Shown: piece after piece, positions 19,896 to 29,130 of the stretch
How the letters are laid out: each line of letters begins with the position of its first letter
Numbering within the stretch: position 1 is the first letter of the stretch
From: a bacterium
GTDB lineage: Bacteria; Hinthialibacterota; Hinthialibacteria; Hinthialibacterales; Hinthialibacteraceae
DNA: 64,000 nt
Assembly: GCA_041946805.1 (NCBI GenBank)
Contig: JBHGBC010000008.1
Span: 1-64,000, forward strand
Direction of reading: 5' to 3'
The notes under the pieces: model-generated
Told to the model about the DNA's origin: nothing
Database searches by the model: none
What the model saw: the letters and a program-made list of their open reading frames with translations, nothing else
Program-made: the position numbers and the translations under genes

Positions 19896-20894
19896 TTACT
19901 CCTTCCTCCCCAGCGCGATGCCGGAGTTGACCGCCACGTCCTGCACGCCCTCCCATGTCAGCCCGGCGGCTTCCATCCATGACCGGATCTCCTCGCGGGT
20001 GTAGCAGTTCCCCCCTTCTGTGTTGACCAGCATGTTCACCGCGAACACCGCCGCCCAGGGCGGGGAGGTCCGGTCCGGATCCAGCAGGAAGTCCTTGACG
20101 CAAAGCCGGCCGCCCGGCGCGAGCGCCCGCGCGCATTTGGATACCAGCCGCCGGTTTACTTCGCCCGAATAACTGTGCACGAGGTTGGAGAGCAGGATGA
20201 AATCGTATTCCCCGCCCAGGTCATCTTCCAACGCGTCGGCGGGATGAAACGCAATCCGGTCCAGCAAGCCTGCTTGTTCGACATGGGTGCGCGCCACCTC
20301 CAGGGTTCTGGCGTTGTCGAGGATGGTAATCCGCAGATCCGGATTGCGCCGGCCGAATTCGATGGCGTAGAGTCCCGGCCCGCCGCCGACATCCAGCATG
20401 GTCCGCGCACCAGGCAAGGGGATTATCTCCGCGGTTTGCGCCGCGCTGGTCCGCGCCACGTCGGCCATGGCCCGCGCGAAATCGGCGTCATCCTCGATCC
20501 ATCCGGAGTTGGACGTCCCTTCCGGGGCGGGGCGGCCGGTCTTCACGGTGTCGTACAAATGCCCCCAGCGCTCGTAGAGATGGGCCCCGTGTTTCAAAAT
20601 CGCGATCTTGGATTTGGGGCTGTCCGGAAGCAGGTATTCCAGAGCCAGATCGCTGTTGTGGTAGAATCCGTCCACCTTGCGCAGCAGACCCAGCGAGGCC
20701 AGCGCGTCGCATAAAATGGTCAGCCCCCGCCGGTCCGCGCCGAGCCGTTCGGCCAGTTCCCTGATGGTTAGGCGTCCGCGGCCGATGGCGGGAAAGACGC
20801 CCAGGCGGTTGGCGGACATCAGGATTTGGGCGGAGGCGTATCCCCGCGACATTTCGTCGAGGGGATCTGAAAAAGGATTGGGGGATTGGCGCAT
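19896..20894 (-). CDS. SAM-dependent O-methyltransferase (Methyltransf_2 with dimerisation domain)
   Basis: MLDVGGGPG and YDFILLSNLVH motifs, N-terminal wHTH-like region, RBS GGGAGG before ATG 20894. Confidence 0.9.
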   Translation of the reverse strand: MRQSPNPFSDPLDEMSRGYASAQILMSANRLGVFPAIGRGRLTIRELAERLGADRRGLTILCDALASLGLLRKVDGFYHNSDLALEYLLPDSPKSKIAILKHGAHLYERWGHLYDTVKTGRPAPEGTSNSGWIEDDADFARAMADVARTSAAQTAEIIPLPGARTMLDVGGGPGLYAIEFGRRNPDLRITILDNARTLEVARTHVEQAGLLDRIAFHPADALEDDLGGEYDFILLSNLVHSYSGEVNRRLVSKCARALAPGGRLCVKDFLLDPDRTSPPWAAVFAVNMLVNTEGGNCYTREEIRSWMEAAGLTWEGVQDVAVNSGIALGRKE

Positions 20895-20956
20895 GAATTT
20901 CCCTCCCGGTTGAGTTTCGTTCACTCTATCTCATTGTATTCAAAGCAGTCAGTTAA

Positions 20957-21116
20957 GCCAAAGAGCCATCGCTCCCGGCCGCCTGGAGGGAGTACTCGAG
21001 AGTGAGCTGCGCCGAAGCAAGGCTTTCCTCACCTTGATTTTCTCCCTCCGGCCGAGGATCAGGGTGAAGGAAGTCCTGCCAGGGCGAAACAGGTCAGCCC
21101 GGAGCGGCGCCCTTGG
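20957..21116. ncRNA. Candidate structured RNA (long imperfect hairpin), family unknown
   Basis: Nested complementary segments across about 160 nt, paired by eye. Confidence 0.35.
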
Positions 21117-21188
21117 AGCGTTTTGCCGGGGCTCACCTTGTCTCCGCCCAAATGATTGGATTAAGGAAGAAGGCAATCGGGGATTGTT

Positions 21189-21848
21189 CTACAGTTTATC
21201 CAGTTCATCCAGCAGCACGGAGGCGGCTTCCTCGATCGTCACTACCCGCACTTTCTCCCCGTTTTTGAACAACATGCCTTTCTGATCGCCGAAGGCGATG
21301 CCGATATCCGCCGCCTTGGCTTCCCCCGGACCGTTCACTTCGCAGCCCATGATGGCCACGTCCAGAGGCTTGTCGATCGCGTTCAGGTGGGATTCGATCG
21401 AGCGCACCATTTCGGGGAAATCGGTGCGGCAGCGGGCGCAGGTGGGGCATGAAATGATGCGGATGCCCTTGGAGCGCAACTCCAGCGAACGCAGCAGATC
21501 GCCGATGGCCGGCAGAGTGTATTTGTACTCGTCATCGGGAAGGATGACGCTCAGTTCCTGCCCGGTCCAGCGGTACAGGATCGGGGATAAATACACGACC
21601 AGCCGGGGAAAAGTATTCCCGAAGCCCCGCAGGTCCAGCAGGATCTTCCGGGCGGAGATGGGCTGGTCGTTATGCAGATAGGGCATCAAGTCGTCAAACG
21701 AACTCCAGCGCAATTCGTCGATGGGTAGTGAAGCCGGTGAGGGCAGGGATTCGTAGCCATCACATAGCGTGGGAGAAATGTTGCGTTTCAACGCTTCCAC
21801 CCGCTCCGGTTGGGCGGCCACCTTTAAGTTCACGGAAAACAAGGACAT
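21189..21848 (-). CDS. IspG/GcpE-like protein with an intact C-terminal [4Fe-4S] domain and most of the TIM barrel missing
   Basis: IISCPTCARC and VAIMGCEVNGPGEAKAADIGIA motifs; only 219 aa. Confidence 0.88.
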   Translation of the reverse strand: MSLFSVNLKVAAQPERVEALKRNISPTLCDGYESLPSPASLPIDELRWSSFDDLMPYLHNDQPISARKILLDLRGFGNTFPRLVVYLSPILYRWTGQELSVILPDDEYKYTLPAIGDLLRSLELRSKGIRIISCPTCARCRTDFPEMVRSIESHLNAIDKPLDVAIMGCEVNGPGEAKAADIGIAFGDQKGMLFKNGEKVRVVTIEEAASVLLDELDKL

Positions 21849-21911
21849 ACGTTTTATTTCCTTCTCTATGTCTTACTTATCGAGAATAAAATCGGGAAAA
21901 TCCCTCCCCGA

Positions 21912-21980
21912 TTCCTTCTTCCTCAGGGAGAGAGCCCGGGTGAGGGAATTTGTAGGGGCGGACCTTGGTGTCCGCCCGGG
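21912..21980 (-). repeat. REP-A + REP-B (GTAG-type) composite
   Basis: ...GGGTGAGGGAATTT-GTAGGGGCGGACCTTGGTGTCCGCCC. Confidence 0.8.
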
Positions 21981-22011
21981 AAACGCACTTCCCGGATTTA
22001 CATAACATCGT

Positions 22012-23454
22012 TTACGCAGCGGATTCCGCTTCCGGCCGGCGGTCCCGTTGCAGCAGGTTGCGTACCCGGTGGCAAGCGGCCCGCAGGTAATTCAACGCCA
22101 CGGCGGGCGATCCCGCGTTGCGGAACGTCCGCAAAATGTAGTGTGGCCGTAAGTACATTTTCCACAAAGCTCGCCGCCGCCAGCGTTCCAGGGCGTCCGC
22201 GCCGAGGCTCTGGGTCGAAACCGCTCCCACCGCGTAACCGCCATGCCGCAGCCGTTCGCGGATAATCAGGCCGTTCCCACTCACCAGGCGGTCCAGTTCC
22301 GTCCCCGGCAGGGGAAACGCCACGTTGAAATCGAAGAAGTCCGGATCCAGTCCGGCCGCGAACTCGATCAACGCTCCGATGGATTCGTCCGTGTCCCAAG
22401 GGAAACCGAATACAAAGAAGGCATGGGACCGGACTCCGTGCTTCCGGCACAGGCGGATCGCTTCCCGCGCCTGCTTGGCCGTGGCGCTTTTTTTCATCCA
22501 CTCTAGGTGCTGATCGTTCCCGCTCTCCACGCCGAAACCAATCACCCAGCAGCCGGCCCGCTTCATCCAGATCAGCCGTTCCTCGTCGATCGAATCCACC
22601 CGGCTGTTGCAACCCCAGCGAATGGGCAGTTTGCGCTTCACGATCTCTTGGCACAGTTGCACGACCCAGCGTTTGTTGAGAGTAAAGGTATCCGCGTGGA
22701 AGAGAAATTCGTGGATGCCGTAGCGGGCGATGCACTCCTCCAACTCGGCCACCACATTCTCTGGAGACCGGTAGCGCACGCTGGTTCCCGTGAGGGCCGG
22801 GACCGAGCAAAAGATGCATTGGTATGGGCACCCCAGCGAGGTGACCACCGTGGTCAACGGATTCCGGGTTTCGGGGCTGCGGTAGTGTTGGTTATCGATT
22901 AAATGACGGGCCGGGAACGGCAGCATGTCCAGGTCCATCAGTTTCTCTTCCCGGTGGGTACGGATCACGCGGTCCCCCTCCCGGTAGGTTACGGCGGGGA
23001 GTTGAGACCAATCGCGCGATTCCACGAAATCCGGGAGATAGGCGTCCGATTCGCCCCGCAGGATGATATCCAACTCCTGGGATTGGAGGATGATATCTTC
23101 ATCCAGATAGAACAGCGGTTCGCCCTTGGCGGCCGTGATGGCCTGAGGGCAATGCTGCTTGATCAATTCCGCCGCCGAGAGATCGCTCTCCAACGTGGCG
23201 ATGGTGGCCGTGAAAATCGCCACATCCGGCTGGATTTCGAGGAGATCCCGCTCCAGGTCACGCCTGGAGGAACGCTGGGCGGGATAATCACGCACCCAGA
23301 CCCGGTGGCCCGCCTTTTCCAACACGGCGGCGGGATACAACAACTCCATCGGCGGGAACACGACGTTGACCGTTTGGTCTTCCACCCGGTTCTGGCACCG
23401 GTTGTCCCGCCGGTAGAGTCCGGACGGTGGATTGAACAAAAAAACTTTTTTCAT
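22012..23454 (-). CDS. B12-binding domain radical SAM protein
   Basis: TSLGCPYQCIFC, FPPMELLYPAAVL, GFGVESG, HADTFT. Confidence 0.92.
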   Translation of the reverse strand: MKKVFLFNPPSGLYRRDNRCQNRVEDQTVNVVFPPMELLYPAAVLEKAGHRVWVRDYPAQRSSRRDLERDLLEIQPDVAIFTATIATLESDLSAAELIKQHCPQAITAAKGEPLFYLDEDIILQSQELDIILRGESDAYLPDFVESRDWSQLPAVTYREGDRVIRTHREEKLMDLDMLPFPARHLIDNQHYRSPETRNPLTTVVTSLGCPYQCIFCSVPALTGTSVRYRSPENVVAELEECIARYGIHEFLFHADTFTLNKRWVVQLCQEIVKRKLPIRWGCNSRVDSIDEERLIWMKRAGCWVIGFGVESGNDQHLEWMKKSATAKQAREAIRLCRKHGVRSHAFFVFGFPWDTDESIGALIEFAAGLDPDFFDFNVAFPLPGTELDRLVSGNGLIIRERLRHGGYAVGAVSTQSLGADALERWRRRALWKMYLRPHYILRTFRNAGSPAVALNYLRAACHRVRNLLQRDRRPEAESAA

Positions 23455-24869
23455 CCGTTTGTAGGTGAAGCCACCGCGGACTCCGCCGCCGGAACGTCCG
23501 CCGGGGGGGCGGTATCCGGGGAAAAAGCCGCGGAGGGATCCTCCGCCGCGCCTTCCGGCGGTGCGGCGGGCGGTTCCGCCGGCGCTACGGGGAGCGGGGT
23601 TACGGCATCCGGTCCGGCCGCCGCTTTTTTCGCCCGGTCCTGCTCGGTCTTCTCTATGTATTGTAGCATGCCCGCGGCCCGTTGCATGGCGTTGGGCACT
23701 TGCGAATAGTTCTGCCGGATCCGCTCGACCGTTTGCTTGGCTTGGTCGAATTTGTCATACCGGATGTACGCGTCCGCGAGTTGGAACAGGGCGACCAGCG
23801 GCCGTTCGGGGGTGGAGGGCTCCCGGATGGCTTTTTCGAGCATATCCACCGCCTCGTTGAAGTTCCCCTGCGCCTCATCCGGGGTGGTGTCCCGGACCAG
23901 CATGGCGATCGCCAGGCGCGCCTGGATGCCGTAATCCGTCTCGGAGTAATCCTTGACCAGGCGCTGGTTCTCGTGCACCAGGACATTCACTTCCTCGGGG
24001 GTATAGGGTGCGTTCCCGTCCTTTTTGAACAAACTCTCCAGGCTTTTGATCTTCCAGACGATCAACTGCGGCTTGACCTCTTCGGTGATCGCGGGATTGG
24101 TTTGCAGCTGATCATAGATCGTCGCGGAGGAGATGAAATCGCCCGCCGAAGCCCAGGTGTGCGCCCAGTTGATCAGGGCGTTCTGCCGGTCGGTTTCCAG
24201 GCCGACGATCCCCGTCGCGCTGTTCACCACATCCATTTCCTTCTTATAGACTTCCCGCGCCTGTTCGAACTCCCCGCTGGCTTTCATGACTTCGGCCGTG
24301 CCCGACAGCGCCATCAGCTGGTACTCGAGCGCCGCCGTGGGATCGGTCACCGCGGAACCGGCGATCTGGAGGATCTTGCCGTAATACTCTTCCGCCGTCG
24401 CCGCCTGGGTTTGCTTCGCATAAATGGAAGCCAGGTAACTATAGGCCCGCACCTGGATATGCGGATTGGTGGTGGCCCCGGCGATCTCCTGGAAATGAGT
24501 GATGGATTTATCAAAGAAACCCTCATAAAAATACGTGCTGCCGATCTCGAAATCGGACAGTACCTGGATGTTGGGATCGGTGAACTTCTGTTTCATCTCC
24601 TGGAACACCTTGCGGGCGTTGGCGAAGTCCCGCAGGTCGTAATAGCACCGGGCCAGCATTTCATAGGCCGCCGTGATGTTCTCGTCCTCGGGAAATTTCT
24701 TGATGAAATCCTCGAAATAGAGGGAAGCCCCGATGGGGTCCGATTCCTGGTACGCCCGCACGCCCCGGTTGAACACTGCGTCCGGGGTGTTGCCCCCGCA
24801 GCAGGCCAGCCAGATCGTGATGCCTAGAAACACCAACGCCGGCAGAACGGACTTGTAATCTCGTATCAT
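23451..24869 (-). CDS. TPR-repeat lipoprotein
   Basis: Lipobox-like WLAC/C, many TPR-like helices and a Pro/Ala-rich tail; overlaps the radical SAM start. Confidence 0.8.
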   Translation of the reverse strand: MIRDYKSVLPALVFLGITIWLACCGGNTPDAVFNRGVRAYQESDPIGASLYFEDFIKKFPEDENITAAYEMLARCYYDLRDFANARKVFQEMKQKFTDPNIQVLSDFEIGSTYFYEGFFDKSITHFQEIAGATTNPHIQVRAYSYLASIYAKQTQAATAEEYYGKILQIAGSAVTDPTAALEYQLMALSGTAEVMKASGEFEQAREVYKKEMDVVNSATGIVGLETDRQNALINWAHTWASAGDFISSATIYDQLQTNPAITEEVKPQLIVWKIKSLESLFKKDGNAPYTPEEVNVLVHENQRLVKDYSETDYGIQARLAIAMLVRDTTPDEAQGNFNEAVDMLEKAIREPSTPERPLVALFQLADAYIRYDKFDQAKQTVERIRQNYSQVPNAMQRAAGMLQYIEKTEQDRAKKAAAGPDAVTPLPVAPAEPPAAPPEGAAEDPSAAFSPDTAPPADVPAAESAVASPTNG

Positions 24870-25345
24870 CCTTGTGGTCCTTAAAAGGGGAGTATCAACC
24901 GGTTGGATTATGGAACCGGCCGGCCGTCACCCGTTCCCGGGGAAAGTTCTAGACACGGTTTTCCACGCCCCTCGAACCTCAGGCGCGGACAGGGTTTCCA
25001 TCGGCCTTGACTCTGTTCGTTGTCATTATCCTGGATTCTGTCTGAAACGGAAGCCGTTCGCATGAATCCGCCACGGAAGGGAATGAGGCGGTCTAACTGG
25101 GAAATTGCGAATGCGAGGGAGACTGAAGGGCTCCATCTCCGGCCCGAGGTTAATTCCGGATTTGGGGCTCGTTTCTCTTTCCAGTAGTCTACCAAGAAAG
25201 TCATCCCTGCCGGGGATCCGTGGCTTTTCCCCTGATCTGGAAGTTCGGACAAGCTCCGCCGGGAGGAGCGGGCGGGATCTCTGGATTGCCTGATTCGCCC
25301 CGCCGTGTCATGATGTAAGCAAACAATCGACGAGGCGTTGCCGTT

Positions 25346-25615
25346 ATGTCTGGATTCCTGATCCTGGTAGCGAACCTGATTCAGCTGTATGTGCTGATCA
25401 TCTTTCTCCGGGTGCTCATTTCTTGGTTGCCGGTCAATCCGTACAATCCGATCGTTCAATTCATCAGTCAAATCACCGATCCCTTGCTGGACGCCATGCG
25501 GCGTTCGTTCCCCTTCCTGGCGGCGGGCGGGCTGGATTTCAGCCCCATCGCCGTGATTTTTCTTCTCTACATCACCCAAAGCTACCTCCTGACCATCGCC
25601 TCCCGTTTGTCTTGA
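25346..25615 (+). CDS. yggT: YggT family membrane protein
   Basis: LISWLPVNPYNPIVQFISQITDPLL...GLDFSPI. Confidence 0.92.
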   Translation: MSGFLILVANLIQLYVLIIFLRVLISWLPVNPYNPIVQFISQITDPLLDAMRRSFPFLAAGGLDFSPIAVIFLLYITQSYLLTIASRLS

Positions 25616-25658
25616 ATCCCCGTTTCCCAATATTCGGCGCCCGCATCACTGTATTACT

Positions 25659-25687
25659 TTGACGAATCCCGCGGGATACCGTACAAT
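25659..25687 (+). promoter_or_regulatory. Sigma70 promoter for the EEP gene
   Basis: TTGACG-N17-TACAAT. Confidence 0.7.
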
Positions 25688-25731
25688 CGGGTGGATTTCA
25701 TTCAAAACCAGCTAAAGGAGAACTTGATCCC

Positions 25732-26628
25732 ATGAAACGGTTTGGACTTTGGCTTCTGGCCTTGGCGATGACGGCGGGGATGACGATGGGCGCGGCGGAG
25801 AAAAACGAAACGGTTCTGCGCGTCATGACGTATAACATCCGGTACAACAATCCAGGGGATGGCGTCAACGCCTGGCCCAACCGCAAGGATCACGTGGCGG
25901 AAATGATCGGTACCAAAGCCAACGCGGACCTGGCGGGCCTGCAGGAAGCCCTGCGGGGACAAATCGACGACCTGGCCGCACGTCTGACCGGCTATGCCTG
26001 GTTCGGCGCCGGGCGCGACGACGGGAAGGACAAGGGTGAACACACGCCCATCTTTTACCGCCAGGAGCGCTTCGAATTATTGGACCACAACAACTTCTGG
26101 CTATCTGAAACGCCCGAGGTTCCCGGCAGCAAATCCTGGGACGCGGCGATCACGCGGATAGTCACGTGGGGGAAGTTCAAGGAAAAAGCCAGTGGCATCG
26201 AGTTCTATTATTTCAACACCCATTTCGACCACATCGGCCAGCAGGCCCGGACGGAAAGCGCCAAACTGATCTGGAAGAAAATCCAGGCCATCGCCCAGGG
26301 CGCGCCCGTCTTCCTCACCGGCGACTTCAATGTCACCGAAAAATCCGAGGCCTACCGCATCCTCACCGGCAACACGCCCGAAGCCGCCCCGGTCTCGGAT
26401 CTGCGGGACGCCCGCTACCTCTCGCAATCCGGCCATCAAGGCCCCACCTCCACCTTCGTCAACGCGGATTGGACCCAAATCCGCGAGCCGGAATCGAAGA
26501 TCGACTTCATTTTCGTCCGCCAGGGGATCCAAGTGCTCAGCCACAAGGTCCTGGACGATCAATATGACGGACGCTTCCCGTCCGATCATCTGCCGGTGGT
26601 GGGAGAGTTGAAATTGGTCCAACCATGA
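25732..26628 (+). CDS. Secreted endonuclease/exonuclease/phosphatase family protein
   Basis: VMTYNIR, GLQE, NTHFDH, TGDFN, IDFIF and PSDHLPV motifs; signal peptide. Confidence 0.95.
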   Translation: MKRFGLWLLALAMTAGMTMGAAEKNETVLRVMTYNIRYNNPGDGVNAWPNRKDHVAEMIGTKANADLAGLQEALRGQIDDLAARLTGYAWFGAGRDDGKDKGEHTPIFYRQERFELLDHNNFWLSETPEVPGSKSWDAAITRIVTWGKFKEKASGIEFYYFNTHFDHIGQQARTESAKLIWKKIQAIAQGAPVFLTGDFNVTEKSEAYRILTGNTPEAAPVSDLRDARYLSQSGHQGPTSTFVNADWTQIREPESKIDFIFVRQGIQVLSHKVLDDQYDGRFPSDHLPVVGELKLVQP

Positions 26629-26659
26629 GGCGGGAAACCGTATTCCGCTGTTGTTGGAG

Positions 26660-26826
26660 CCGTGGGGCGGGGTAGCGCGGCGTAATCCATCACGCATTCG
26701 AGTAGTGTCCGCGGCTCCCTCATCCCCTCTCCCCCCGGGAGAGGGCCAGGGTGAGGGAAACCCGTAGGGGCGGACCTAGGTGTCCGCCCGGCGAGATGCC
26801 GGGGCGCGTTGCATTGTGCCCCTACA
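26660..26826. repeat. REP mosaic (REP-A, REP-B and a GGGGC..GCCCCTAC palindrome)
   Basis: CCCCTCTCCCCCCGGGAGAGGGCCAGGGTGAGGG, GTAGGGGCGGACCTAGGTGTCCGCCC and GGGGCGCGTTGCATTGTGCCCCTAC. Confidence 0.8.
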
Positions 26827-26891
26827 GAAATGGTCCTGGATCCCACAAAAACTTGTGAGTTCCCCTCCAACGGAGGATCCGGTGAAAAAAC

Positions 26892-27368
26892 TCAGGACGC
26901 GCCGCCGGGCGGTGGCGCATCGCTTTCCGCCGCCGGTTCGCTGGAGCTGCGGAAGCGGGTGAATTCGCGCCGGAATTCGCGGGCGGCTTCCTCGGTCTCG
27001 CCGAAGGTGGCGAATTCGGACAGCACGATGAATTCCGGCTGGATCTCCAGGTTGCCCACGAACAGGCCGCCCTTGTTGATTTCCAATCGCTTGCGGGCTA
27101 CGAGGGAAAGACGGGCCCCGCCTTCGATCACGACGTGAAAGGCGTCGACATGGCCGTCGACAAAACCCCGTTCCACGATCTTCACGAGGTTGTTCGACCG
27201 GATGGTCCCGTTGAATACCCCGCCGATCTCGATCCCCTGTTTCAGACTGAGGTTGCCTTCCATCTCCACATCCGGGGCGATGTAGGAACGGACGGTGGAT
27301 TGTCCCTCCTGGTACGCTTCCTCCGGAACCAGATCCGCATCATCCTCGGCGAAAATATAATCGGCCAT
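26892..27368 (-). CDS. Bactofilin (polymer-forming cytoskeletal protein)
   Basis: SYIAPDVEMEGNL...IEIGGVFNGTI...GFVDGHV beta-helix pattern. Confidence 0.85.
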   Translation of the reverse strand: MADYIFAEDDADLVPEEAYQEGQSTVRSYIAPDVEMEGNLSLKQGIEIGGVFNGTIRSNNLVKIVERGFVDGHVDAFHVVIEGGARLSLVARKRLEINKGGLFVGNLEIQPEFIVLSEFATFGETEEAAREFRREFTRFRSSSEPAAESDAPPPGGAS

Positions 27369-27674
27369 GGATAGACTCCACTCGAGATAATATGGCTATA
27401 TACTCCAACCGGATGGAATCCGTGTCAAGCAAGCGTATCCGGGGGGGTACATGGAGAACCCCGGGATCATCGGCCGGCCGAACACTGCCGCTCCGTGAAA
27501 TCTGTTCCTCTTGTATAATCGGAGACCGGGGAGGGTCCGGCCGGGGCGCGGAACGGTGTCCGCCTGGTAAGATGCCGGGGCACGTTGCCACGTGCCCCGG
27601 CATGAAACGGCGCTGGATTGCCGCTGGTGCGGGGATGACATCCATGCGCGGGATGACATCCCGATGAGTCAATC

Positions 27675-29102
27675 ATGGAAATCCAAACCCAAGAATCCCT
27701 CATATTGATCGTCGATGACGAAGAGGCCGTCCATTATTCGTTCAGACGGTTCCTGACCCCCCTGACCAGCCGCGTTCTGACGGCCCGCTCGGGCGAGGAG
27801 GCGTTGTCCATCCTGGAAACGGAAATCCCGGACCTGGTGATCATGGACATCAAGATGGGGGGCATGGACGGCCTGACCACGCTGAAGGAAATCTCCCGCC
27901 GCTCGCCGCAGATCCCCGTGATCATCATGACCGCCTACTCGACGGCCAACGCGGCCATCGAGGCCACCCGCCTGGGCGCGTTCGAATATGTGATGAAACC
28001 TTTCGATCCCCCGCACATGATGGAGGTGATTCAAACGGCGTTGTCGACGCGCCGCCTCATGCAAAAAACCGTGGTGTGGGGCGTGAACGAGGACCAATGG
28101 GGCACGGACGACGTGTTGATCGGCGCCTCGCCGGCCATGCGGGAACTGTACAAGTTCATCGGCAAGGTGGCCGACAGCGGCGCTTTGGTGCTGATCACCG
28201 GCGAGAGCGGCACGGGCAAGGAACTGGTGGCGCGGGCTATCTACAGCCACAGCCCGCGCATGAAGAACATCTTCCTGCCGGTCAATTGCGCGGCGCTGCC
28301 CGACAGCCTGCTGGAAAGCGAACTGTTCGGGCACGAGAAAGGGGCCTTCACCGGGGCGGTCGAAAAGCGCATCGGCAAGTTCGAGCAGGCCCACAAGGGC
28401 ACGCTCTTTTTGGACGAAATCGGCGAGATGAGCCTGGCCACGCAGGGCAAACTGCTGCGGGTGCTGCAGGATGGAACCTTCCAGCGCGTGGGAGGCAAGG
28501 AATTCGTGCGCACCGACGCGCGCATCATCGCCGCCACCAACCGGAACCTGGCCCAGCGGGTCGCGGAGCACACGTTCCGGGAAGATTTGTATTACCGCCT
28601 GCAGGTAATGACCATCCACCTGCCGCCCCTGCGCGAACGGCGGGATGACATCCCCCTCCTGGCGCGCTATTTCGCCGCCCGGTCGGGATATCAGAAACTC
28701 GCGCTGTCTCCGGAGGCGGAGCAATTCCTGCTCAATCACACCTGGCCGGGCAACGTGCGCGAACTGGAAAACGCCATCCAGCGGGCGCTGATCCTCTCCC
28801 GGGGCGCGGTCATCACCGTGGAGCATCTGCGGCCCGGCCCGGCGGTGGACATGGGCGCGGTTTCACCTCCACCCGTTAGGACGGCCCAGCCCGTCCCGGA
28901 AGAGTCTGGCCTGGGCCAGGCGCTCGATCAATTATGGGAAAAGATCCTGGCGCGGCAGGCAAAGCAGCCCCTCAAGATGTTCCAATGGCTGGAGGTGGAA
29001 CTCGCCCGCCGGGCGATGGAACACACCCACGGCAACCAGGTGCAGGCCGCGAAACTGCTGGGCGTCTCCCGCAACACCCTGCGCCAGCGGCTGGGATTGT
29101 AG
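27675..29102 (+). CDS. Sigma54-dependent response regulator (NtrC/AtoC family)
   Basis: Receiver domain (IVDDE, MDIKM), GESGTGKE, GAFTGA, WPGNVREL and a Fis-type HTH. Confidence 0.96.
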   Translation: MEIQTQESLILIVDDEEAVHYSFRRFLTPLTSRVLTARSGEEALSILETEIPDLVIMDIKMGGMDGLTTLKEISRRSPQIPVIIMTAYSTANAAIEATRLGAFEYVMKPFDPPHMMEVIQTALSTRRLMQKTVVWGVNEDQWGTDDVLIGASPAMRELYKFIGKVADSGALVLITGESGTGKELVARAIYSHSPRMKNIFLPVNCAALPDSLLESELFGHEKGAFTGAVEKRIGKFEQAHKGTLFLDEIGEMSLATQGKLLRVLQDGTFQRVGGKEFVRTDARIIAATNRNLAQRVAEHTFREDLYYRLQVMTIHLPPLRERRDDIPLLARYFAARSGYQKLALSPEAEQFLLNHTWPGNVRELENAIQRALILSRGAVITVEHLRPGPAVDMGAVSPPPVRTAQPVPEESGLGQALDQLWEKILARQAKQPLKMFQWLEVELARRAMEHTHGNQVQAAKLLGVSRNTLRQRLGL

Positions 29103-29130
29103 AGCGGAGGAGGAAACAGGACATTCAATC

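Noticed and set aside
21056..21080. SRP RNA-like motif (TCAGGGTGAAGGAAG)
   Set aside because: It lacks the GNRA-capped stem and AGCAG of SRP helix 8 and is better explained as one arm of the long hairpin.
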